DNA of 64,000 nt from NCBI GenBank assembly GCA_937625935.1, contig OW569348.1:434001-498000 (forward strand), given 5' to 3'. The translations under genes were made by a program, and so were the position numbers. How positions within the stretch are numbered: position 1 is the first letter of the stretch; every line of letters starts with the position of its first letter. Positions 22,498 through 33,112 of the stretch are shown here, piece after piece. This stretch comes from Tetramitus jugosus (lineage: Eukaryota > Protista > Heterolobosea). The notes under the pieces were generated by a model, which made no database searches, was not told the DNA's origin, and saw only the letters and a list, made by a program, of their open reading frames with translations.

Positions 22498-23272
22498 GGT
22501 GGCAAATTATTCTCTGCGCGCTTTTTGGAGCGTTTTTGGGTTTTTTAGCTGATATTTACAGTGACAACCGATGGATTGGTCTTTGGTGGTTGTGGATAGA
22601 TGTCACAAAAACTTGAAAATAACTCCAGTTTTTGCGGTTGGAAGGATTGAAAGAGGACAATTAAGGTTGAATGTACAAGCTGGTAGGAAGGATAAGGTAG
22701 GATAGGTGGGTACTATATCTAAGCAAAAAGGAGAGCTTCTTTGTGGAGCAGAACTGAACTGGGTGTATCGAACTGTGTGGCAACTAAACTCAAAATCAAA
22801 CAGGCCCTGGGAAAACTGGAGAGAACTTTAAAGCTAAATGACGTTGGGAGCTGTGAGTTGGTTTTGTTTTTTGAGGGGAAAATGCGGATTCGGCCCACGC
22901 AGACAGATTTTGAACCACAAAGACCTGGGTCACCCCACAAGCATGAATTCAGGTGGAGAACTACCTACAAGAGTGGATTGCAGCACCCCGAAATAACTTG
23001 TAGGCTGAGTACGAACCCCATTCAGACAGAACCGGGAAAGCAGGTGTCTTTTAATGGCTTCTCCTGGAATTCATTTTGTCCATAGGCAATCTGAAAGGGT
23101 ATCACTAGGAAAGTTATCTACTTTTCCTTTCTCCCTAACCCTTCATAGGATCGCGAGATAAGATTATCGACAGCTGCCAACTGTCATTCAGGGTGGTATT
23201 ATCGTGCAACGTTAACCACGCTGGGTCATCTTAGTACAAATGATAGAATTATATTTATTCTCCGAGAACAAA

Positions 23273-24664
23273 TTAGAGATCAATTACACGAGACAATTTT
23301 TGAATTCTGTTCAACAATTGGTCACCGTGCTTAATTGATTGATAGTAGTAGGTGTTCTTTGCACCACCAATGTAACGATTGGTTTCAATGATACCGCCCA
23401 CCTTATCAATCTTGGCATTCAATCGGCCAGCAGAGATAAATCGAGACAATTCATTGTCGAGGAATGATATGGACAATCCAAAGTCTTGAGCCATACTCTT
23501 CAATGTCACACTCTTGTACGATTCCAAAAATTGGCCATAACCCTTGATTCTCAATTCACGAGTATAGTAGCGTACGTGAGGTGCCGTGTATCGGTCCTTC
23601 TTCATTTCGTCAGTAATATCGGCCAGAGCTACCAAGAACTCGTGATATCTAGAATTGTACAATGATTCCACAAATTGGGATGCAAATGGTATTTGATTGA
23701 TAATGGTGAGAATATCGGAATTTACAATCACCTTCTTCTTGATCTCAGGTCTATCCAGAGAGATCATGGAAACAATAATCGTATAAAAGATATACTTGTT
23801 GTATGGCATTAACTCGGTAGAGGAGAAGGTAGAAACTGATTCCAAAAACAGTAGGGACGCTGCCTTGAAGTTTCGGACGATCATCTGATAGAGACCCTCA
23901 TATACTTTGAGTCTGTTTCTTCTCTCCCAATCACCACCTTCATCCATCAAACTACAATTGTCACGAATTGATTGTACACGAGTGAGAAAAACTGTACAAG
24001 TTGAGATAAAAAATAAACAAAAATATATCGAACATACCTCTTTGCCTTTTCAATATTTCTCTTCAATAGATCAGTGTCGTTGAATGCAAATGCGATTCTC
24101 AACACTGCGAAAACAATGTCCAATCGATGACCCAATGAAACTGTCTTATCGGTTGTGACTCTATAGGCAACCAAAGCCTTCTCCTTGTCGCCAATAGAAG
24201 CAAAATATTGTGATTTCGTCAACAATGCCTCTCTCACTTCACTTTCACCAAAATTCTCTTCAGCATCGGTAATTTTATCGTCCAACTCTTTCAATTTCTG
24301 TTCATTGGTGCTGTTCATCTTGTTCAAAAGATCGCCGAGGGTGCTTGCATTGAAATACTTGGATTCAGTGTCGATCAGATATTGGCAATATGGTCCCATG
24401 TCTATTGCATATTTGTTCCATCATTGATCAAAATGAAGACAAAAAGTGAACGGTTGTTAGTATTACTGTCCGAGGACATTCACACGAACAAAAACAAAGA
24501 GATCCATGTTATTTGAGTTGATCATTACCTTTTTCTTCGACAATTTGTAAAATGTCCTTGACGAGTGCGTTTGTGTCTGCTGATGAATCGTGATTCAACA
24601 GGTACTTTTTTTCTGCCAAGACCAACAGGTGATCTTGTGGTTCACTCTCTTCAAATCCGCTCAT
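23273..24664 (-). CDS. RPN7: 26S proteasome lid subunit Rpn7/PSMD6; exons 24664-24529, 24401-24038, 23951-23273
   Basis: [30 protein letters not shown], and a PCI C-terminus ([20 protein letters not shown]); two frame-consistent GT-AG introns. Confidence 0.95.
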
Positions 24665-24839
24665 TTGTTATTTTCCGGAATATATGGTACGATTGGTTTG
24701 TTCAATGTGGTTTGTGTTGAGTGGGTTTTTGTTAGTCGAGTGTTTGTTCTTGCTTGATCAAAGCACTTTCAAAAATAGAACAAATAGGAAAATGCTTACA
24801 AAGTTGAACTTCAAAGGTCTTGAAAAAAAACCCGCCAAA

Positions 24840-25593
24840 ATGTCCGCTACAGAGAAATTGAAACCAGAGAAAATGCTAACTGTTACGAAACAGTATGGAG
24901 GACCACCTGTGTCTCATGTCTATCGAGATTTCAGTGAAGATGAATTGAATGAGATCTTGTCTCACTCTCATGCTGTGTCCATGAAACAGTATGTCTGTGC
25001 TCTGTCCGTTATGTTCGTGCTTTATGCTGTTCGTTAACCAAGGATTTTTGACCAGGTGCATCGCTACTATCTTGTGTATGGATGATACTTCTAATGAAAA
25101 GAAGATAAATTACTCAAGAGAGCAAACGAACATACTGATTGACTTCTATTTCCATAATGTTATCCATGTGAAGAAGCTTGGTATGGATAATGACAAGATA
25201 TCAGCGTATTTTTCGATCATGAAGGATGTTCACGAACGAAGTATGGATACAGAGGTTACATTAATTGACAGTTTCTCATTGTTCAAGGAATTGTTGGTGA
25301 AGCATAGTGTTTACAGACCTCCGTTCAGTATACAACTGTTCACTTTGGAGGATGTGAAGAAGTTGAGCAATTATGCTCACAAAACCTACTATAGACATTT
25401 CAAAATGTATCAGTACGTATTCTGTAAGAAACAACGAGCCAATGTTGAAACATTTACTGCAAGGCAACTCAATGAGCCACCATTCATTGTTCGACCTTTG
25501 TCAGAGGCCACGATGGAGGAAGATCAGAAGAAGGTGGAGGAAACTACCATTTCTTCGCCAGTTCAGTCACGCAAAACACCTCGAAAGAAGTAA
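24840..25593 (+). CDS. Flagellar central-apparatus C1a-32 family protein (CFAP119/CCDC189-like); exons 24840-24988 and 25056-25593
   Basis: FKELLVKHSVYRPPFSIQLF..TYYRHFKMYQYVF is the characteristic motif; intron 24989-25055 restores the frame. Confidence 0.8.
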
Positions 25594-25617
25594 AACATCG
25601 AATTTCTATGGGATAGT

Positions 25618-27669
25618 TTATTGTTTGAGACTCAAGACGATGACATCGAACTTTGCATTCTTTCGCCAGACATTGAGATACTTCTGGCTCATTTTTATAA
25701 ATGTAACTTGTTGAAGAGAGCCACATGAGTTGAATAATTCCAAAATTTGATTCGATTGAGCCATGTTTTTGAACTTTCCATTAAGCTTGAGTTCCCGTAT
25801 TGATGTACTGAAAGAGAGATCAGAGAACCAATCTACTGTTGGAGTGATGAGAGAGTAAGATAATGATTCCAGGGATGGTAGTTGAATCAACTTCTGGATC
25901 ATAGTTCGAAGTTTGAGATTCATGGATGGTGTGAAGTGAGCATGTGTGCTCTCATCATAATAATCTACAATTTCGAATGATTTCAGTGACAATCGGTGAC
26001 ACACTTGACTAATCAGATCGATCCTATGGACGTCAATATTCGGAAACAGAGTCAGAGAATCGATTTGGCAATTCACTTGATATGTTGTCCAATCCAACTC
26101 CGAATAATGATACGTTAACGCCGCGAAATTCAATTCTTTCAGGTGCATGTCTGATTTCAGAATCGTAGACAACATACTGTGATTCGCCAAACCACTAATA
26201 TGAGTTCGAACACTCAAAGATTTCACGTTACTGTGATTCGAGAGCTTCCGTATCAGGAACTCGTTCGCCACTTCGCCTCTGAGTAGCCATTTAGCAATAT
26301 TAGGAAACTCTTTGATAATTGTCACAAGTTCAAGAACATAGTTCGTATAGTTAGGAGAGTTGTGAAATTCAGCAACATTGAACTTCCTCATATGTGGTGA
26401 TCTTTCAAAGAACACCTTTTTGAGTGGAATGTTAGCCGCAGCAAAGTTAAACAACCGGAGAGATTTCAAATTGGTTTTCGGTACCAAGCTATCCAACACA
26501 CTCGTGTCACAATTCAAAATTGTCTTGTCATAGAACTTGGCGTCTGAGAGAAGACTTAATGATTCCAGAGTTCGATGCGTAGTATTCAGAATAATACAGA
26601 CATTGGGCAACAATTGATCATCTAGAGCCAGAGAAAGTGTCAGCTTTCTTAATGAGGGCATCTTTCCGAATTGAAGAACCTTTAACACACTACCAATATT
26701 GCACGACGTCGACTGAAAACTTTTCAGGTCTGATAAGCAATTTCGATCTTGATCTCGATGTATCGTCTCGTTACTCTTCAGTGACTCGTTTTTCTCTATC
26801 AACGGTACATTCGTGGTCGATTCTAAAAAGTGGTCCATGGCTCTTCTAAATGCTGTAGCGTCCCCAGTGCATGAAAAGTTCAGTTTCTCCCATTTTCTCT
26901 CTCTATTGTTCTGAGACACATTCATTCGGTACAATTGCTTGGCTGACTCTTGATTGAGAACCCACTTTGTTACCCGAGTCACATTCGGACAACGTATCAA
27001 CAACGGAGACAATTGACCATCAAAACATACCGTACCACAGTTCAATACGGATTCCAAACCTGTTAAGCAAACCATTGGTTGATACTGTTTGAAGAAATGT
27101 GTCAAGTCCAAGTGTTTGAACAATAGGAAGGGCTCAGAGAACGACCAACTCATCTCATGCTCGTCTATCGTCGCTTTTCCGAGCCTGAGCTTGCCGTACA
27201 TGAGTTTCATGAACTGGTATTGAAACCGCTCTGCTTTGGTTGGATTTAATTTACAATTGGGTTGACTATAGTCATACTTGTCAGGTGTAATGTGTCCACT
27301 GAGGCGAATTCTGATAAAGGACAGGATTTCCTGGATAATCTCCTTGGGAAAGTCCAATTGAGGTGTTTGTGGTCGATGATGAGTATTCCTCTTGTCAGCT
27401 ACATCACTTTCAAGATCGAAAAGATGGGAATCGCACGGTACCTGAGCACCTCTATCTTCTCTCACATGTTTCAAAGGACCCAGACTCGGTTTTGCACATG
27501 GAGATAAGGAATTGGAATGCACACTTATACAAGTGTTCATGTGCTGTGATGGCTCCATTAACACAGAGATGTGGCTCGTTCTGTGAGAGGAGGTAGAAGT
27601 GCCTCGATCGTATGGAGTAACATATTGTTTCTGCTCAAGTTCTCCAGTTAGGTTGTTCTTGTAAATCAT
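25618..27669 (-). CDS. Putative F-box / RNI-like leucine-rich repeat protein
   Basis: F-box-like LDFPKEIIQEILSFI followed by spaced LxxLxL repeats (LRKLTLS, LESLSL, LKSLRL, LKELNF). Confidence 0.55.
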   Translation of the reverse strand: MIYKNNLTGELEQKQYVTPYDRGTSTSSHRTSHISVLMEPSQHMNTCISVHSNSLSPCAKPSLGPLKHVREDRGAQVPCDSHLFDLESDVADKRNTHHRPQTPQLDFPKEIIQEILSFIRIRLSGHITPDKYDYSQPNCKLNPTKAERFQYQFMKLMYGKLRLGKATIDEHEMSWSFSEPFLLFKHLDLTHFFKQYQPMVCLTGLESVLNCGTVCFDGQLSPLLIRCPNVTRVTKWVLNQESAKQLYRMNVSQNNRERKWEKLNFSCTGDATAFRRAMDHFLESTTNVPLIEKNESLKSNETIHRDQDRNCLSDLKSFQSTSCNIGSVLKVLQFGKMPSLRKLTLSLALDDQLLPNVCIILNTTHRTLESLSLLSDAKFYDKTILNCDTSVLDSLVPKTNLKSLRLFNFAAANIPLKKVFFERSPHMRKFNVAEFHNSPNYTNYVLELVTIIKEFPNIAKWLLRGEVANEFLIRKLSNHSNVKSLSVRTHISGLANHSMLSTILKSDMHLKELNFAALTYHYSELDWTTYQVNCQIDSLTLFPNIDVHRIDLISQVCHRLSLKSFEIVDYYDESTHAHFTPSMNLKLRTMIQKLIQLPSLESLSYSLITPTVDWFSDLSFSTSIRELKLNGKFKNMAQSNQILELFNSCGSLQQVTFIKMSQKYLNVWRKNAKFDVIVLSLKQ

Positions 27670-28056
27670 GGTTTGGTCAGAGTTGGGTGTATTTCAAGGC
27701 TTTTGTGCAAATGACTGCTAGTTTGTAGTTGTGCATACAGTTCACGATAATCAATATATCTGCTCATAAATTATTCAAGTGTTAATTGTTAATTCGGGAC
27801 CCAGCTCCTCAGGTTTACCTGGAATTTTCTTTTTCAGGCGAGAAAAGAGACCAAAATAACTGGCCGGTTTTGTTTTGACTATCAGCCTAGAATTTTCCGC
27901 TGCGGTGCTCTGCGATCAGCGCATGTCCTCAGAGGAAGAGTATGCGATCTGGTTCAGGTTGACATGCGACAGAACGATGGGTTACTCTAGATATGTGCAA
28001 GTCGTGTCCTGGAATTTCTTCGCCACAACCTTTATTCGTACTGACAGCACGTGTTG

Positions 28057-29139
28057 TTACTGTAAGCTGATGAACGAAAGAGACAAGTGAACCATGCCAG
28101 ATTTCACATCTTGCAATTTGACACTTAAAGGATGTTCGGTGGATGGATCCTGTTGTGGTACAGATGGTGTCAAGAACACATCTTTCAACGGAATTCTACA
28201 ATATCCCATGAAGTCATCCTTGGACATCTTGTCCTTGTCCCACATTTCCAGATGCAATACATCAGATTCCAAATCTGCAACAGAAACAGTCAATACTTGA
28301 TTCCACACTGGATTGAGAGTTTTCCATTGAATAGAGGACTTTCCCGTTTGCCCAGGATAAACGGTATGAGGTGAGGATGCAGGTCCAGATGCAATCAAGC
28401 AATATGGATCACTCGTTCCCGAAACATCCATTGCAACAACATTGGTTGCACACTTGAGATTCACTGTTAGTATACCAGAGAAGATAACACGTCCCAAGTT
28501 GGATGACGATGATGCGTCATCGCTCAACGCTTGAATCACCTTCTTCAATCGGAACTTGAACGACTTGGATCTTGATCGAGGTGAAACAACTGCAGAACCA
28601 TCATTGGCAGCAGTAGTGGTATCCTTGATTGTCGGAGCAGGAATTGTCGGATGACGATTGTGCAAATGTGGTGTAAAATACAAGTGAATATACTTGGCCG
28701 TAATGTACTCTTTGCGATAAGCCATGGAAGAATTCTTGGTTGGCTTGTGCCAATCCGGACACAGAGACAGAGTCGCTTCATAGTATGCATTCACTCGTTC
28801 ATTATTTGCCCTTTGTTCTTGTTCGGCCTCAAATGTGTAATGAGCAGCCGGTCCAGAGTTCAATTCAACAAAATTGGAAAATTCTTCCTGGGACCACATG
28901 TCGAGCGATGTGGATTTGACCTTGGAGATGTGAGTGCCGAGTGATCGATGAACACCACAGCATTGAATACAGATGAATGTACAGAGATTGGTAGAGGCCC
29001 ATTTGGGATGGAACTCATCACAATCTGCACATTGTTTATTACCCTGGAGAGTGAGCAATTGTTGCACACTGTCTTGTGTCTTTTGTTGCAATTCTAAGCG
29101 AGTGTTCTCATCCATCATCATCAAGGAAGAATCAGCCAT
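28057..29139 (-). CDS. ArfGAP + C2 domain protein
   Basis: NKQCADC..PKWASTNL..FICIQCCGVHRSLGTHISKVKS (ArfGAP); MDVSGTSDPY, KTLNPVWN, WDKD..SKDDFMG (C2). Confidence 0.93.
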   Translation of the reverse strand: MADSSLMMMDENTRLELQQKTQDSVQQLLTLQGNKQCADCDEFHPKWASTNLCTFICIQCCGVHRSLGTHISKVKSTSLDMWSQEEFSNFVELNSGPAAHYTFEAEQEQRANNERVNAYYEATLSLCPDWHKPTKNSSMAYRKEYITAKYIHLYFTPHLHNRHPTIPAPTIKDTTTAANDGSAVVSPRSRSKSFKFRLKKVIQALSDDASSSSNLGRVIFSGILTVNLKCATNVVAMDVSGTSDPYCLIASGPASSPHTVYPGQTGKSSIQWKTLNPVWNQVLTVSVADLESDVLHLEMWDKDKMSKDDFMGYCRIPLKDVFLTPSVPQQDPSTEHPLSVKLQDVKSGMVHLSLSFISLQ

Positions 29140-29310
29140 TTTGTTTTGTGTCAAGTTTGTGTCGCTTTTTGGATTGTTGGGATTTCGGACATTCATGTTG
29201 TAAAATATCTAGCTCATGGGAAAACAAAAGGAGTAATATTTAATATTTGATCATAAGCAACAGCTCAAATTCTGTCAGTGTTCCTAACAACCAAAAAATG
29301 AAGTTTCAAG

Positions 29311-30660
29311 TTACATTGGTTGGTCATCCGATTCATAGAAGTAATCTTCATTGACAACAGATTCAGTGATTGCATTTCTCTTCTCCTCATCCTGCACATC
29401 ATCATTCGTTGTTGTTTGGCCATCATCACTCCTATCACTAGAGAATGAACTAGAAGTGCTAAGGTCATATGATTCTTCAGCCTCATGTAAAGTCTTTCCA
29501 GTGCCTGTCACCGTGATCCCTATTCCTGAAATATCAAAAGGGTTCACTAGGTAGGAATCTTCTGTAGCTGCTGGGACATTGGTTCTTAGCTCTTGAGGAG
29601 ATGCTTCTTCTGGGCTTTTGATATCTCTTTGCTCCTCTGAACCGGTACTAGTTATGGTATTAATGGACATTTGAGACACGGATGGTGATAATCCATACGA
29701 GGGCTTAAGGAGCGTAGAAGATTGATCAGCATCAATCATCATGAGCAAACTCTCTTGTTGCTTAAGTCTTGACTCTAATGCTGAAATGGATTCCAGGTGT
29801 TGTTTCTCTCTTTCCTCGCCAAATCGCTTGGTTTCCATCAGAGATTGAGATAGTGAATTGAACTTTGAAGTCAATGTGAGTGACAATTGCCCAATGTTCT
29901 GATCCAGAGCATTTACACTCTTTGTCATCTCTGCACGAACCTGAGAGTTCTCCTCGGATAAAGTTCTCTGGATACCTTGCAATTGATTTTGGAGTTCAGT
30001 GGACATTGATTCCACCTGACTATTGATTTTGGTGATGGTTCTCTGTTGCACCAACATTTTCTCTGACAATTCACTGTTCAAGTCTTGTTTCAATCCAAAA
30101 TTTTGGTGTTCCGTCACTTGTGTCATTTGATGAACAATCGAATGATACAATGACTCCTTCAACTTTTCCACTTGTTCATCCACTATTTTTCTGACATCTG
30201 ATTCAACAATGATTGGATTCATGTTGTTACTATCATCTGCATTGCTAATATCTTCATCTGTTGAAATAGATTGAACCCGAAGTGCTTGATTCTTTTGATG
30301 AGGCATGTTCTTGTTGTCGAATGAGACGGATGCATTGGCTGTTGGAGCATAGATGCTGTTTCTACTATATTCATCATCAAACTCGTTTCGTTCCTGTTGG
30401 ATTCGCACGAGCGGCACCGTGTGATACTCCTCTCCACTGTTACTCCTGCTCAACAGTGGATCACTTCCACCATTACCTAGACCTCCATTGGTCAATACAC
30501 TGTTCTCCATCGAACAAGGGACACCCAATTGGTGGTGACCATTCATGACAGATGAAAACAATTTCATTCTATACTTGTACAACCATACCCACGTAGCAAT
30601 GTTGACAACCACTGAAACAGCGGACAGCAGAAAAGCTATCCATGAAATACCTTCACTCAT
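29311..30660 (-). CDS. Hypothetical protein with N-terminal transmembrane helix and central coiled coil
   Basis: 449-codon ORF; hydrophobic residues about 6-28; heptad-like Q/E/L-rich centre; family not recognised. Confidence 0.65.
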   Translation of the reverse strand: MSEGISWIAFLLSAVSVVVNIATWVWLYKYRMKLFSSVMNGHHQLGVPCSMENSVLTNGGLGNGGSDPLLSRSNSGEEYHTVPLVRIQQERNEFDDEYSRNSIYAPTANASVSFDNKNMPHQKNQALRVQSISTDEDISNADDSNNMNPIIVESDVRKIVDEQVEKLKESLYHSIVHQMTQVTEHQNFGLKQDLNSELSEKMLVQQRTITKINSQVESMSTELQNQLQGIQRTLSEENSQVRAEMTKSVNALDQNIGQLSLTLTSKFNSLSQSLMETKRFGEEREKQHLESISALESRLKQQESLLMMIDADQSSTLLKPSYGLSPSVSQMSINTITSTGSEEQRDIKSPEEASPQELRTNVPAATEDSYLVNPFDISGIGITVTGTGKTLHEAEESYDLSTSSSFSSDRSDDGQTTTNDDVQDEEKRNAITESVVNEDYFYESDDQPM

Positions 30661-31075
30661 GACTCCCTTGTTGGTGTATATGTGTTGAATGTTGGCTTTT
30701 AGCTGCGGGTTTAGTTGTTGTTTTTTCTTTCAAGGGAGAACTAGCCTGGACGATATCTGTTCATCCATAAAGTTATTTTTGAGCTGGAGTGCCACAGGTT
30801 GAATTTGATTCGGTTGGATCTGGCGAACGCGAATTGCCGTAAAAAAGCTCTCGTGAAGCCTAGCAAGCTACCTAAACTCGTCATCTGCAGATCTTTAGAT
30901 ATCCGCGAATGGACCCAGCTTTAAGAAGTCGCGAATGTTTGTCGCTCTTGTCAATAAAAAGAGCTAGCTTCCCGTAGATACCTTCGGCCTCTCGAGATCA
31001 AGCTCGGATAAACCCCGAAGATTGCCAAAAAAAAGCGCAATTTTTTCACACCAAAGAAAACAACTTGAAAGCACA

Positions 31076-32659
31076 ATGATGAACAACACGAATCACCACC
31101 CATCACCAACAACCACTACTCAACAAGTAGTGGAAGACACAACAAACAATGAAGGATCTACGAACTCCAACATGCTTTCAACCATTCTATCTCATCTCCC
31201 ACTCAGTCTACCTCAACTGTTGATGGCATTGGGTGGTTTTGGAGTAACGACACTCGTCTACAACACCATCACTTCACTATTCAAGAGAAAAATGATCTCA
31301 CGTGTCTATGTCAGCTCGCGAGACGAAGCTTTTCATTGGTTATTGTTCTGGTTGAGTCAACACGAGTACTCTAAAACAGCCAATCAATTCACAGTGCTCA
31401 CATCCAAGACTCACTTTGATTTTTCGACTCATTTCTTCAATGCGAGTCCAACTGAGAAGGACAAGCACAAGATTCCAGTCAAGTTCATACCGGCACCCGG
31501 TGTTCACTATATTCAATTTGAAGGCAAATGGATATGGGTACAATATCAGAGACATTTTGCATCGGGTGATGCAAATGGTGGTGGTGGTGGAAATAATAGT
31601 AATTCAATGAGTCAGTTTGGTTCCAATAGTGACATTCAGGAGAGTATTTGTGTGAGTACAGTATCACCCAATCCACAATTCCTTCGTCGATTCATCATGT
31701 ACACTCAAGAGCTGTACATTCAGAACAAGCACGGTAAAACATTGGTTTATGTGCCTGATACCTATTGTGATGTGTGGGAACCTAGAATATGCAGACAAAA
31801 GAGAGATCCAAAGACTGTTGTTCTCAAGGGACAAATGTTTGAGAATTTGTTGGATGATGCGAAGCGATTCTTGGGATTGCAGACATGGTATCACGAAAGA
31901 GGTATTCCATTCAGAAGAGGTTACTTGTTGTATGGTCCTCCAGGCACGGGCAAGGTTTGTATACGTTGTAGCATTTGTTTTTTTATATTCTCTCTTGTGC
32001 ATTCTTCGTGTACTGACTCGATGCAACTCACAATGAACACACAAAAGACTTCGTGTGTTACTGCTCTGGCCGGTGCACTTGACATGAATATTTGCATGGT
32101 TCATTTGAGCAACAAGAATCTGAGTGATGACAAGTTGAACAGTTTGTTGTTGAGCACACCGTTCAGTAGTATTATTCTTTTGGAGGATATTGATCACGCA
32201 TTGGAAGCAGCGACTCACAATAAGAATAAGCGAGCAGCATCAGGTGATGATTACGATGACGATGAAGGAACAGTCACTTTGGCTGGTTTGCTCAACTCAT
32301 TGGACGGTGTGATCGCACAGGAGGGAAGACTTGTGTTCATGACCACGAACAATGTATCGAGACTACCACCAGCATTGGTGAGACCTGGAAGAGTAGACAT
32401 GTCCATCTTTGTTGACTATGCGTCGGATGAGCAGATTGAACTCATGTTCCTCAACTTTTATCCCAATGAGAAGGCAATGGCAAAGCTGTTTGTTCGTGAG
32501 TTGCGGTCAAGCAAGGAATTAGCAGATCAAGATGGAGGTACGATCAATGTGACAACAGCCGCCATCCAAGGACATTTTTTGCAGTACAAGGATAATCCTT
32601 CTGGTGCTGTCGAGAATGCCAGAGCTGTACTCAGAGCCGGACAGTTTGACGATCAATAA
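31076..32659 (+). CDS. BCS1: Mitochondrial chaperone BCS1-like AAA ATPase; intron 31955-32047
   Basis: BCS1 N-domain (FIPAPGVH), WYHERGIPFRRGYLLYGPPGTGK|TS, LLEDID, VTLAGLLNSLDGV and ALVRPGRVD. Confidence 0.92.
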   Translation: MMNNTNHHPSPTTTTQQVVEDTTNNEGSTNSNMLSTILSHLPLSLPQLLMALGGFGVTTLVYNTITSLFKRKMISRVYVSSRDEAFHWLLFWLSQHEYSKTANQFTVLTSKTHFDFSTHFFNASPTEKDKHKIPVKFIPAPGVHYIQFEGKWIWVQYQRHFASGDANGGGGGNNSNSMSQFGSNSDIQESICVSTVSPNPQFLRRFIMYTQELYIQNKHGKTLVYVPDTYCDVWEPRICRQKRDPKTVVLKGQMFENLLDDAKRFLGLQTWYHERGIPFRRGYLLYGPPGTGKVCIRCSICFFIFSLVHSSCTDSMQLTMNTQKTSCVTALAGALDMNICMVHLSNKNLSDDKLNSLLLSTPFSSIILLEDIDHALEAATHNKNKRAASGDDYDDDEGTVTLAGLLNSLDGVIAQEGRLVFMTTNNVSRLPPALVRPGRVDMSIFVDYASDEQIELMFLNFYPNEKAMAKLFVRELRSSKELADQDGGTINVTTAAIQGHFLQYKDNPSGAVENARAVLRAGQFDDQ

Positions 32660-33112
32660 AGGTAAACCAGTTGGTGTGGAATCCAAAGACCAAAGATGGT
32701 TGATGACGCAAGTTGCGCATACCGTATTCCATCACCCAGTCAGATATAGCGTCATAAAAGTTGTAACCACAACTCTATCCCCTTTTGCTCACAAATCCAA
32801 GTTACTCCGCTAGTCGGGAAAGACATCTCGACATTTGACATTTTCCACCACAGCAGTCCAACAGGAAGACTGGTACAAAAAATCGCTCGAGCGAGGTGAA
32901 TGGTTCCACAACAATAACAAGCAGCTCACATCAACAATAACCCACAAACACCTCAACACCCAACACCACATACAACAACAAAAAAAATTGACCCCTCTGC
33001 CAATCACGAATAAAAATTACTTATTGAACATTGGGTCAACACAACATAACGACCACAACACCAACAGTCATCACATCATCACCTAATTCATTAAAAAAAA
33101 CAATTAATATCG

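Noticed and set aside
22741-23085. 114-aa ORF upstream of the Mei2-like gene
   Set aside because: It has a TTG start and no recognisable motif, so it is treated as promoter or UTR sequence.
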